64,000 nucleotides of DNA from Dudresnaya verticillata (taxonomy: Eukaryota), in contig OZ374559.1 in assembly GCA_977862235.1 (NCBI GenBank), forward strand, positions 1,922,001 through 1,986,000. The letters are read 5' to 3'. Below the pieces are notes generated by a model, which did no database searches, was not told the origin of the DNA, and worked only from the letters and a program-made list of their open reading frames with translations. Both the position numbers and the translations under genes were made by a program. Below, one piece after another: positions 10,205 to 23,649 of the stretch; position 1 is the first letter of the stretch; each line of letters begins with the position of its first letter.

Positions 10205-13200
10205 GTTTTTTGTGGTCTTTTTCTCCTTTTAGCTGGACAAGCAATTCACGAATAAGATTGTTTTAGTTCTCAAATAGCCTCTTATTGCAATAAATATTGC
10301 TGTGAAATGCGTTAGAGTTGGACTACTGATTCATGATCGTGTACTTTCTTTGGTACTAGTAGATAGCATCCATTAGGGAAGACGTCTCGCTTTGATAAAA
10401 GGATACATGCTCCTTTTCTGCAATTGTGGATGGAATGGCCCCCTCTTTTGGATACCAAGTGTAGTACTTACTGACTCTCTTTGGATTTTCTATCGCGATG
10501 TTAAAGAAGGCTAATCATTCAGCTCTTTGAAGAAGGGAATCCTGCAAACCTACTTCATATCTCCAACTTTTGTCCATACAAATCCTGTCCCAATGTTTCC
10601 ATCCGCTGACGCTGTTGAAGCGAACGGCGAAGGAAATCGCAGTGATGGGTATTGTGGGATATTTGGTGAGGTAGATCTGCCTGTCACGACGTCTTTAATC
10701 CCAATGATGGTTACAAACGTTGAGTCATGTTACCTTCCGGAAAATAAATACGGTAAGGTAATGCTCCCTCGGTAAAAGTAATCTATTAGGCTAAGAGAGC
10801 ATCTATAGACTGCATGGGTTATCATAGATTTATGCTTGGAACTTTGCCGTATATTAATAATGCGATGCGAAATGAAGGTATTGTTTCACTGACTTGTTTC
10901 GGAACGGATGCTTTATGGGATTTTTATGACCATAGCTTCAATCTCGGTCTTAATTGACATCGCTCTTGAATGTAGGATTTCGTCTTCGTTTGACTCCAGC
11001 CGTTCTTCGTTAGCCCGTGTAAGAGCCATTCCGCTCATCTTAATATTTTATATATTCAACGGCATACTGAAAATGAGGTCTTACACCTTTGCAAGTGCAT
11101 GCGATATGGAATTTGTTGCTAATGTTTCTGGCGAAACTCTGCGTTTCTCGACGTCGAACCGTCGGGAATTAAGCCCAAGTCCACTTCTGGACGAAGCAAC
11201 AAGGCCACCACTGATCCATTGTATCTTCTGGTAGGCATATATTTGCTTAGACGTGCGGTGCAATGCATATACAAACAAAACTGGCTTGTCGTGGGTGCGC
11301 CAAATGTAGTTCTTGACGTCTTGTTGCCAGATTATCTTAGTTGGTTCATTAGGACGGAACCATAATATTCACTTCCAGACCTTGCTGCAGGTTCATCTAA
11401 ATATTCCCTCAATCGGTATCCGTGAACGGAATGCATACATTTATCTGCGTGCAATACCAGCAGTCGAACTATATTAAGAGTGGTTTTGTATTGTTGTTTC
11501 AACTTTTCAAATTATAGGACTAGAACCGACGCAGGGACCCAATTACTTCTCAACAGTCTTCACAAGATGTTGGCGCATTGTGTTTGTTGCCTTCTAATGC
11601 ATAAACGTCCCGTTACTACCGTACCTCATTTGTTCATGTGATACCCGCGCACACGTCGATGAATATCTCTCCGTTCTGACGATGATTCCCCCGTACCTAT
11701 GACAGCTTTATTGAATTCACGAAGGGGTGATAATTTGGGGCACACACCGATCTATTTGGACACAGCGCTGAAGATGCCGTTTTTGCAGATGAGATGGAAA
11801 TGTTATGTGGGCACATTTGTGTATCTGCAAGCAACTGGACATCGCGTACGGTATTCCAGGTATTTTCTAAATCTTGCTTCTAATAACGATGAGAGCAGAA
11901 AAATGCGATTCCGCTGAACAACTTGGCTTGAAAAGAGCTGTTCTGTTCACTCATGGCTGAACCACTACTATTTTTTCTGTTTATCGTTCAAGCACTGCCG
12001 TTCAAGCTATTTGTTTTACTGCTTATCGTTCAAGCCGTCGGCATTTACATACTAGATATGTTGTTATGATTATTTCTAGCGGTTCACGGCTACGGTCTGA
12101 TAGAACTAGCTGTTTGTTAGGTTTATGTTACGTCTAGTACAGCAGTTTTATTCACGCTATAGACTACATTGTAGCGCAGACTGTGGTCTATCTATACTGA
12201 CCTTCTCGAGGTGCAGCAGTTTTAGACATCGAACTACAACAACACTTACCAACTTATCAGTACCCATTCATCCTGTCCTTCATCACTTTCCCTTTTGTCA
12301 GCGTTCCCTTCCTCAGCGCGCCCCTTCCCTTTTCAATCCCCATGAAGCCATACCGGAATTTTTCTAAATCGTTGGCGGGAAATAGACCTGCGGGCTGCGG
12401 GTAAGGGATCAAATCGCGTGAGTGTCATCATCATCGTCAAAACATTATTGAAGCAAGATGAACAGCGGAAACCCCTAATGACTCAGCAGCTGATGACTAT
12501 TGGAAGGCCTGGACAAACTGGACCTCTACGATTCATTGCGAGGGCTGTGAGCTGGAGAATGCGGGAAACCAGGGGTGAAACTAACGAATGGTATTGGGAA
12601 TGGAGTGCTAGGATTTGTTCCCCGGCACGTGGCTAGGAAGGAAGCGAGCTTTTGGAGTGCAGTACGGCATTCGGGACCAATGCTGCCGTGGATGTCAAAG
12701 CCCGGCGGCTGAAGCGAAATAGAATGTGATGGAAATCTTTACTCAAAGTTAAAGGTGAGCTTAGGCGGGCAACATAGGCCCGTTTACAAGCGCATCGGCA
12801 CATCGTGCCAACGGAAGGCCAGTGCTGCGAGGATAGAGGAGGATGGTGGTGGGGGTGGGGGTGGGGCGGGGAGCAGGAGAATGTGCTGCACAAACGGTGC
12901 GATACTTGCGATTCTTCCCCGTTCAGCGACTTGGGCGGCCCCTGCAGGAATTACAGCTGCCTTGGACACAGCGCGAGCAGTAGAGGGAGCAACAATAGTA
13001 AGGTCATATCTAAGGCATGAATCAGAAAAGGCAGGATCATCCAACACCAAGTCGAAACTTCAAAGATCGTCCTGGAAACGAAAAGACTGCTCTCTTGTTA
13101 CAGAAAGCCCGATAGACAGGTGTCGGAGATGGGAAAAAAGGGGGTCCCGAATAGAATTGTGACGACGAGTTGAGCCTTGGGCACAGGGACATGTGGAAGC

Positions 13201-13497
13201 ATGATACCCGAAACGGCCAAGGGAAACCACGCGACCAGAAACGGAGAGACAAGCAGAACAAGGGAGATCTGGCGCAACTACAGGTGCGCCCAAACGCAAG
13301 TCGAGCATGGTAGCCCAGTAGCCCAGGTGATACAGAGGTGCCTCGGCGTGGATCGGGGAATGCAGTCAAGGCCGTACGACATTTCAAACTACCACAGGAG
13401 AGAAGCCGGGTCCTTTTGACACGATCTGGAATCCAGAGGCTTGTGCCTGTGTGCTTGCTACCTGTTTTAAAAAAAAGATAGCAAGCACAAAGTGTTG

Positions 13498-14686
13498 GCG
13501 GCTCAACAGCAAACTGTTTCTGCGAAGAACTCTGCTTTAGAGAGAGAGTTAAACACAGCAATGGAGAGCTTGAAAACCAAGCAGATTCGGTGGAATACCA
13601 TCGAAAACGAGGACAAACAGGAAAATGATGAATTGTGAGACCTGAAAGATACTCGGGCAGAGCTGGAGTCGGTTAAGCAAGAAAATAACGTAATTAAAGA
13701 ATGGTTCGACAAAGCCAAAGGTGAAGCGATGAAGCATAAGACCGTCTCCCCACCACAACCAGCAGATCCAGGTTTTCCGCGTATGTATGAAACCCTCTTT
13801 CATCGTTGGAAACTGACAAAGCTAATCGGACAGGGTGGCTTTGGAGCAGTATAAAAAGGAAGTGGACACTTTGAATCGATCAGCAAACATCGCGATGAAG
13901 GTGCAACTCATCCAGGACACCGCAGGCTTTGAACTAGGATATGAGCGCAACATATACCGACAGTTTGCCCATCGTCATGGTCAGGAATCGGAAGATCAGT
14001 TCATGCCGCGAGCCCGGGGGTACAGCCGGATCCCAGGCAAGTATGAGGTACTTTCCATTGATCTTCTCGGCCCTTCAGTACAAGACTACTGGCAACGCTT
14101 CTATTGCACCTTTACCCTCACCGGTATTTTGACGTTTGGAATCAGAGCGCTGACCTGTCTCGAGAGGTTCCACGACAACGGTTACGTACATCGGGACATG
14201 AAAGCAGGAAAATGAAACTTTTTGACAGACCTGCATGGCCAAGGTAAGCTGTACTTGGCTGACTTCGGGATGTCTGTGGAATATGAAAGCTGGGAGAACC
14301 CACCGCAACAAGATGAACGAGAAGTGTTTGGAACGCTTCTCTATGCTTCAAAGACAGCACACCAGCGCAAGCCCCAGTCTCGGGCAAGTGATCTTGAGTC
14401 ACTTGGGTACGTTCTCTTTGAGATGATTAAAGGTGAACTTCCTTGGAGCCATGTTGCTCGCAACTGCCACGGTGGGCGCTGGGAAGCTTGCCTTACCTTT
14501 AAGAAGATAGGAATCAATTGCCATGAATCTCCGTGGCTCGTCAAATACTTTGACTGCATCGAGAAGCTGACATAGACATTCTCACAGCATCCTGACTATG
14601 ACGGACTGCGAGAGATTCTTAAGAAGTGTTTGGGACAAAGGGAAGGAGAGGTTGATTGGGTGCGATATGCCGAGGACCATGTGTGA
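13498..14686 (+). pseudogene. CK1-like kinase pseudogene (copy 2)
   Basis: Same motifs and lesions as copy 1. Confidence 0.9.
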
Positions 14687-17600
14687 ATATTGTATCTACA
14701 ATATCGAAAGGAATTGCTTGCTTTCAGGATCAGACATGCCTGAGACTTAACTACCTCTCAGATGACATGGAAGGTACATGAGAGGGGCGTCGTTAATGTA
14801 GATATCGACTCTGGTCTGGTGTGGCTTGTTATATATCTTGTAAAACTTGAATAACTTGGCTTGAAGAGCTGTTCACTCATGGCTGAACCGCTACTATTTG
14901 TTTTCTGTTTACGTTCAAGCACTACCGCTCAAGCTATTTGATTTACTGTTTATCGTTCAAGCAGTTGAGCAGTTACGTACTAGATATGTTGTTACGATTA
15001 TTCCAGCAGTCCACGACTACGGTCTGATAGAACTAGCTGTTTTGTTACGTTTATGTTACGTCTAGCACTGCAGTTGAATTCATGCTACAGACCATGTTTT
15101 AGGGCAAACTGTGGTCTATTTATACTGACCTTCTCGTGGTCTGCAATAGGCATAGCTATCGAACCACAACAATACTTACCAACTTATCAGCACCCATTCA
15201 TCCCTTTCTGCATCTCGTTCCGTTTGGTCAGCATTCCCTTCCTCAATGTGCCCCTTTTCCTTCATCAAAAACTGTGTATGCTCTGTGCGTGATGAAGGTT
15301 GAAACGGAGTCTGACCAATATGGGGGAGCCCTCTGTGCATTAGTAGGATGGCCCATCCTACTAATATAATACAAAAGCAGCACCCACCTTGGATGGGTGC
15401 TTCTTTCGTATAAAATAAAAGCTAGTATTGTGTTGACTTGACCGAGAGCTTTCAGAGAAAGATCAGCAAACCTGTTGCTTCAGGCGCCGTATTTCGTACC
15501 AGTCCTGTTGCCCGATTGCGCAGAACCGAACTTCAAACGAAGATATATTAGTTGTTTGACATACAGGATATATGTTGTATACACTTGTTGCTTTGCGTAA
15601 CCATCCAAGTGGAGTTGACAGGAACAGTTACTGTATCAATATATCCTTGTCATATAAGAAATCACTGGAATACCGTGTATGCTTAGCTGTTACGGAAAAG
15701 GTAAGTGTAATAGGTTATCCCCAGCATTAGCTAGCTGGGTATAAACTACAGTCTGTTCTTTCTGTGAGAGCTCTGCTTCAAATTCAACATAAAGTATTTT
15801 GCTTGAATGACGCAAGAGGCTGACAACCAAGCCGAGGAAACCGCTTGTGCAATGTCTCGCTTTACACCCGCCATACTGCCATGCATTCAATGCAGGTGCC
15901 TCGTCTGCAATCCGTTGTATGTTCTTCTTTTCTCAAAGCAGGGACGCAACTGTGATCAGTGTGCAATTTCCCTTCGAGATGCATGGAGTGACTCGTGAAC
16001 ATTATGGATAGGAGCATGGCATTCATTTGTTAAGGCTCCGAAGCAGCGTCGATGAATGGCTGAGAGCGAACTATCAGGAAGCCACGTCGGTCCCAAATCT
16101 GGAGCTTTTCCTTATTAAACATAAAAACATAAATAATAATATGGAAAATAAGATTAAACAAACATCTCTCCTCGCCCGTATTCTTCACTGTTCTCCTTTG
16201 TTGCGCCCTCACTCTTGGAAAGGATGGGGAAGTGCCAGTTCAAAGGGTTTCCGATGGATTCAATAAAACATGCCGTCTTCCTGTACAAGGGTGCATGCAA
16301 AGCCATCAGCGCTTCAAAGCGTGCAGAGCCATCAGCGGTTTAATGCTTGTTTCTCAAATCTTCTTTCCCACCATCACCTGGATCCGAATACCCGTCGCGG
16401 TATCGTCCTGTAATAAAGCCTGGCATGCGTTGCGAGCCATCATGGGCAGGAGGGGCTTCAATAGAGTTCAGTGTTTCATTGTCATAGCCAACAAAATTGA
16501 TCATGCAAGGCTCAGAAACATTGTGTTTGAAGTATGTGTGCTCAACTGCGCAGAATGCCCATTCTGCGGCGGAAATTGGTACCTCCCTTGCTTTGCTAGT
16601 ATCCTTTCTCCGCCCCTTAGGCCTGTCCTCTATCCTCGAGGGCAGGACTAAGAGGAGACTCCTTTCACCTGCTTTGGCAACGGTCCCCTAACACCATTTG
16701 TATACATATACTGTTGTGGTATGCGTATCGCTGTGTCGGAATGCAGCCCCAAGTAGATGGCAGCACGACACAGCGATGCGCATACCACAACTTGTATATG
16801 GTACATATGTATACTACATATATAAGCAAAGCATGTCTTTGTGACGCTACGCGCACATGCTTCGACATTGAGCGTATACGAAAATGTGAATCAGGTACGG
16901 GCTATCGACCAAAAGCAAAGGCGTCCGTGTCTAGAATCGGAAGTGGGGGCTATTAATCGAAATCCGGTTTCAAACAGGCGTAGCAGTAAATCTAAAGCTG
17001 CTCTCTTGGGTGAAAGACAGACAGGAATAAGTTTGTATGACTTTCATTAGTATCACAACACACAAACGGTACTCGAGGAGTCTGGATACAGGAGTCATTA
17101 AAACCGCGTTTGAAACGCGGGCTGTTCTGTGTTGCAACATGCTGAAATACTGTCATCCTTTGACAAAAGTTAGTACCGCGAGCATGCTCATGCTGTGTCT
17201 GCATGTGAAGAGTTTAGTATTCGTTTTAACTTGCGCTCTGCTCCGTAGGATGACAGGCCTGCGTATGCAGCACGGCGCTGTCTGGAAACTGCTTCACCAA
17301 AAACGTTGCAATTCAATTGACAAGAAGTCCAGAGAAACTACGTATTTTCGTCGGTGCACCTCGTCATCTCCTTTCAAGCATCGTTCGAAAGCCTCAACGC
17401 TGCGATCACAGAGCTTGAACAGATTCAAGCTAATGTTTCAAATGGCAGCTCTGCACCGTGATGTTCTCCATTATAGAACAGGCACCCCCCATGGAGGTGT
17501 TCAGATAGAGGATAGCAATGAATGAGATCATGACTGATGCACATAATATCCAGGACGCATAATCGCTACTCTCCTTCCGAGGGTTTTAAGAGTCCTCGGC

Positions 17601-18792
17601 GACAATCGACGTGTATTTCAATATGTAATGGTACGTGTCGTGGATGCTTTCTTCTGCATCTCCGAAGGCTCTATGATAAATAAACCTTCACAGTACCATC
17701 CAGATCCGTCGCAGAAGCACTAAATACAAAAGAAAAGTTCCCCACTCTCGTTCTGCACAATACAAAGAAATAAACTTTCATATTGCAGAAGTGTTCTCAA
17801 AGGAGTTCAACGTAGAGTGTTATCTTGTTTTCTCTTCCCACGGGTTTTTAACAGATGCTTCATTATTTATTATCTCGAGTATGGCATAAAGCCCATGGTT
17901 TCTCTTCGAGCACAGAGCCCGTGAGGCCGCAACACTACGGCATGTTGGACTTATTTGCAACAGAATTCCAATATGGAAGTTGTAGTGCTTTGATGGTTCT
18001 CGTGTCACCTTTTCCAGGCCCATTTGCAGTCTCTCCCGTAGATCTGCTAGTGTCAAACTGCCAACCCCACCTTCTTACCCGGGATGAACTTCCCCCAGCC
18101 AAAAACATCAGCTGGGCTCTCCTTCAAGGATCTCTTGCTAGCACCATTTTGCAGCGCTCCGGCATTCGCCATCTTTTTTCTCGCCCTGCAAGAGTGTTCA
18201 AGAGAGCCCGTGCCGTTTTATTTCTCCATCATTCCTCTTCTCCGGAAAAGTTTCAAAGTACCGAAAATGCTTCATACGCATTCCCAGTAACCAGGAATAG
18301 CTCTATGACTTCATAACTACGTATCCTTCCTGAGGGGAGAAGGGAAAAGGATCTAATAACCAAGCGCTAATAATTGCAGTCGGCATACTTGAATGTTTAG
18401 CCCGCGAAAGCAGTTTACTGCATCTTTGTATTGCAACAAAGACAAACAGCAAACAACCCTCTCACCTCCCAGGCCCATCTACGAAATAGAATTGAAGAGA
18501 AAAGTAATCCCTGCTAGTCAAGTATTATTGCTGTCCCATTTGGTTCCTGTTTGACGGCAACCAGGACCAGGTCAACCAGACGTGCTGCGCATGAATATAC
18601 CAGAGGGCTAGGAGCTTCAGCGGCCATGAAATCAGAATCTCCAACAAATCGCCTCTCCCTATCCTGGTCCTGAACACTATATAAAGCAACGACGCATCCC
18701 AGTTTGTGGGATTCATTCATCAGACACGCAACACTCAGTTGCACCTGAATACAACATCAATTCAGAAAAGCTTTCCAAGTCCACCCCACACC

Positions 18793-19167
18793 ATGAAGAT
18801 TACCGCTATGCTCTGCATCTGCCTAGCATTCGCAGCTCTACATGCATCAAATGGACGATTTATTTCCGGTGACCAGCAGACAGAAGCCGTCAAGGTCAAG
18901 AAAAATATGCTCTTCACTCAAGGCGAGAACGCTGCAGAGATCCCAGCCTTTCCTTCTGAGCAACGTGATGGCCGCTTCAATGCCATTACTGTTCGCCAGG
19001 GCTATTATAGTACCGCTCCTCGACCACCGCCTCCCCCTCCGGCGGCGTGCCCGTGCAGATGCACGACGCATACAAATGCAGTTCAACAGTGCAGAAGGTT
19101 CTCTGAACGAAGGTGCTGGCTGCAGCCACAGAAATGTAGTGGAGATCGGGTCATGTGCTGTTGCTAA
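18793..19167 (+). CDS. Secreted Cys-rich prepropeptide (copy 3)
   Basis: Identical translation to copy 2. Confidence 0.85.
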   Translation: MKITAMLCICLAFAALHASNGRFISGDQQTEAVKVKKNMLFTQGENAAEIPAFPSEQRDGRFNAITVRQGYYSTAPRPPPPPPAACPCRCTTHTNAVQQCRRFSERRCWLQPQKCSGDRVMCCC

Positions 19168-22100
19168 GTTTTTTGTGGTCTTTTTCTCCTTTTAGCTGGA
19201 CAAGCAATTCACGAATAAGATTGTTTTAGTTCTCAAATAGCCTCTTATTGCAATAAATATTGCTGTGAAATGCGTTAGAGTTGGACTACTGATTCATGAT
19301 CGTGTACTTTCTTTGGTACTAGTAGATAGCATCCATTAGGGAAGACGTCTCGCTTTGATAAAAGGATACATGCTCCTTTTCTGCAATTGTGGATGGAATG
19401 GCCCCCTCTTTTGGATACCAAGTGTAGTACTTACTGACTCTCTTTGGATTTTCTATCGCGATGTTAAAGAAGGCTAATCATTCAGCTCTTTGAAGAAGGG
19501 AATCCTGCAAACCTACTTCATATCTCCAACTTTTGTCCATACAAATCCTGTCCCAATGTTTCCATCCGCTGACGCTGTTGAAGCGAACGGCGAAGGAAAT
19601 CGCAGTGATGGGTATTGTGGGATATTTGGTGAGGTAGATCTGCCTGTCACGACGTCTTTAATCCCAATGATGGTTACAAACGTTGAGTCATGTTACCTTC
19701 CGGAAAATAAATACGGTAAGGTAATGCTCCCTCGGTAAAAGTAATCTATTAGGCTAAGAGAGCATCTATAGACTGCATGGGTTATCATAGATTTATGCTT
19801 GGAACTTTGCCGTATATTAATAATGCGATGCGAAATGAAGGTATTGTTTCACTGACTTGTTTCGGAACGGATGCTTTATGGGATTTTTATGACCATAGCT
19901 TCAATCTCGGTCTTAATTGACATCGCTCTTGAATGTAGGATTTCGTCTTCGTTTGACTCCAGCCGTTCTTCGTTAGCCCGTGTAAGAGCCATTCCGCTCA
20001 TCTTAATATTTTATATATTCAACGGCATACTGAAAATGAGGTCTTACACCTTTGCAAGTGCATGCGATATGGAATTTGTTGCTAATGTTTCTGGCGAAAC
20101 TCTGCGTTTCTCGACGTCGAACCGTCGGGAATTAAGCCCAAGTCCACTTCTGGACGAAGCAACAAGGCCACCACTGATCCATTGTATCTTCTGGTAGGCA
20201 TATATTTGCTTAGACGTGCGGTGCAATGCATATACAAACAAAACTGGCTTGTCGTGGGTGCGCCAAATGTAGTTCTTGACGTCTTGTTGCCAGATTATCT
20301 TAGTTGGTTCATTAGGACGGAACCATAATATTCACTTCCAGACCTTGCTGCAGGTTCATCTAAATATTCCCTCAATCGGTATCCGTGAACGGAATGCATA
20401 CATTTATCTGCGTGCAATACCAGCAGTCGAACTATATTAAGAGTGGTTTTGTATTGTTGTTTCAACTTTTCAAATTATAGGACTAGAACCGACGCAGGGA
20501 CCCAATTACTTCTCAACAGTCTTCACAAGATGTTGGCGCATTGTGTTTGTTGCCTTCTAATGCATAAACGTCCCGTTACTACCGTACCTCATTTGTTCAT
20601 GTGATACCCGCGCACACGTCGATGAATATCTCTCCGTTCTGACGATGATTCCCCCGTACCTATGACAGCTTTATTGAATTCACGAAGGGGTGATAATTTG
20701 GGGCACACACCGATCTATTTGGACACAGCGCTGAAGATGCCGTTTTTGCAGATGAGATGGAAATGTTATGTGGGCACATTTGTGTATCTGCAAGCAACTG
20801 GACATCGCGTACGGTATTCCAGGTATTTTCTAAATCTTGCTTCTAATAACGATGAGAGCAGAAAAATGCGATTCCGCTGAACAACTTGGCTTGAAAAGAG
20901 CTGTTCTGTTCACTCATGGCTGAACCACTACTATTTTTTCTGTTTATCGTTCAAGCACTGCCGTTCAAGCTATTTGTTTTACTGCTTATCGTTCAAGCCG
21001 TCGGCATTTACATACTAGATATGTTGTTATGATTATTTCTAGCGGTTCACGGCTACGGTCTGATAGAACTAGCTGTTTGTTAGGTTTATGTTACGTCTAG
21101 TACAGCAGTTTTATTCACGCTATAGACTACATTGTAGCGCAGACTGTGGTCTATCTATACTGACCTTCTCGAGGTGCAGCAGTTTTAGACATCGAACTAC
21201 AACAACACTTACCAACTTATCAGTACCCATTCATCCTGTCCTTCATCACTTTCCCTTTTGTCAGCGTTCCCTTCCTCAGCGCGCCCCTTCCCTTTTCAAT
21301 CCCCATGAAGCCATACCGGAATTTTTCTAAATCGTTGGCGGGAAATAGACCTGCGGGCTGCGGGTAAGGGATCAAATCGCGTGAGTGTCATCATCATCGT
21401 CAAAACATTATTGAAGCAAGATGAACAGCGGAAACCCCTAATGACTCAGCAGCTGATGACTATTGGAAGGCCTGGACAAACTGGACCTCTACGATTCATT
21501 GCGAGGGCTGTGAGCTGGAGAATGCGGGAAACCAGGGGTGAAACTAACGAATGGTATTGGGAATGGAGTGCTAGGATTTGTTCCCCGGCACGTGGCTAGG
21601 AAGGAAGCGAGCTTTTGGAGTGCAGTACGGCATTCGGGACCAATGCTGCCGTGGATGTCAAAGCCCGGCGGCTGAAGCGAAATAGAATGTGATGGAAATC
21701 TTTACTCAAAGTTAAAGGTGAGCTTAGGCGGGCAACATAGGCCCGTTTACAAGCGCATCGGCACATCGTGCCAACGGAAGGCCAGTGCTGCGAGGATAGA
21801 GGAGGATGGTGGTGGGGGTGGGGGTGGGGCGGGGAGCAGGAGAATGTGCTGCACAAACGGTGCGATACTTGCGATTCTTCCCCGTTCAGCGACTTGGGCG
21901 GCCCCTGCAGGAATTACAGCTGCCTTGGACACAGCGCGAGCAGTAGAGGGAGCAACAATAGTAAGGTCATATCTAAGGCATGAATCAGAAAAGGCAGGAT
22001 CATCCAACACCAAGTCGAAACTTCAAAGATCGTCCTGGAAACGAAAAGACTGCTCTCTTGTTACAGAAAGCCCGATAGACAGGTGTCGGAGATGGGAAAA

Positions 22101-22460
22101 AAGGGGGTCCCGAATAGAATTGTGACGACGAGTTGAGCCTTGGGCACAGGGACATGTGGAAGCATGATACCCGAAACGGCCAAGGGAAACCACGCGACCA
22201 GAAACGGAGAGACAAGCAGAACAAGGGAGATCTGGCGCAACTACAGGTGCGCCCAAACGCAAGTCGAGCATGGTAGCCCAGTAGCCCAGGTGATACAGAG
22301 GTGCCTCGGCGTGGATCGGGGAATGCAGTCAAGGCCGTACGACATTTCAAACTACCACAGGAGAGAAGCCGGGTCCTTTTGACACGATCTGGAATCCAGA
22401 GGCTTGTGCCTGTGTGCTTGCTACCTGTTTTAAAAAAAAGATAGCAAGCACAAAGTGTTG

Positions 22461-23649
22461 GCGGCTCAACAGCAAACTGTTTCTGCGAAGAACTCTGCTT
22501 TAGAGAGAGAGTTAAACACAGCAATGGAGAGCTTGAAAACCAAGCAGATTCGGTGGAATACCATCGAAAACGAGGACAAACAGGAAAATGATGAATTGTG
22601 AGACCTGAAAGATACTCGGGCAGAGCTGGAGTCGGTTAAGCAAGAAAATAACGTAATTAAAGAATGGTTCGACAAAGCCAAAGGTGAAGCGATGAAGCAT
22701 AAGACCGTCTCCCCACCACAACCAGCAGATCCAGGTTTTCCGCGTATGTATGAAACCCTCTTTCATCGTTGGAAACTGACAAAGCTAATCGGACAGGGTG
22801 GCTTTGGAGCAGTATAAAAAGGAAGTGGACACTTTGAATCGATCAGCAAACATCGCGATGAAGGTGCAACTCATCCAGGACACCGCAGGCTTTGAACTAG
22901 GATATGAGCGCAACATATACCGACAGTTTGCCCATCGTCATGGTCAGGAATCGGAAGATCAGTTCATGCCGCGAGCCCGGGGGTACAGCCGGATCCCAGG
23001 CAAGTATGAGGTACTTTCCATTGATCTTCTCGGCCCTTCAGTACAAGACTACTGGCAACGCTTCTATTGCACCTTTACCCTCACCGGTATTTTGACGTTT
23101 GGAATCAGAGCGCTGACCTGTCTCGAGAGGTTCCACGACAACGGTTACGTACATCGGGACATGAAAGCAGGAAAATGAAACTTTTTGACAGACCTGCATG
23201 GCCAAGGTAAGCTGTACTTGGCTGACTTCGGGATGTCTGTGGAATATGAAAGCTGGGAGAACCCACCGCAACAAGATGAACGAGAAGTGTTTGGAACGCT
23301 TCTCTATGCTTCAAAGACAGCACACCAGCGCAAGCCCCAGTCTCGGGCAAGTGATCTTGAGTCACTTGGGTACGTTCTCTTTGAGATGATTAAAGGTGAA
23401 CTTCCTTGGAGCCATGTTGCTCGCAACTGCCACGGTGGGCGCTGGGAAGCTTGCCTTACCTTTAAGAAGATAGGAATCAATTGCCATGAATCTCCGTGGC
23501 TCGTCAAATACTTTGACTGCATCGAGAAGCTGACATAGACATTCTCACAGCATCCTGACTATGACGGACTGCGAGAGATTCTTAAGAAGTGTTTGGGACA
23601 AAGGGAAGGAGAGGTTGATTGGGTGCGATATGCCGAGGACCATGTGTGA
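22461..23649 (+). pseudogene. CK1-like kinase pseudogene (copy 3)
   Basis: Same motifs and lesions as copy 1. Confidence 0.9.
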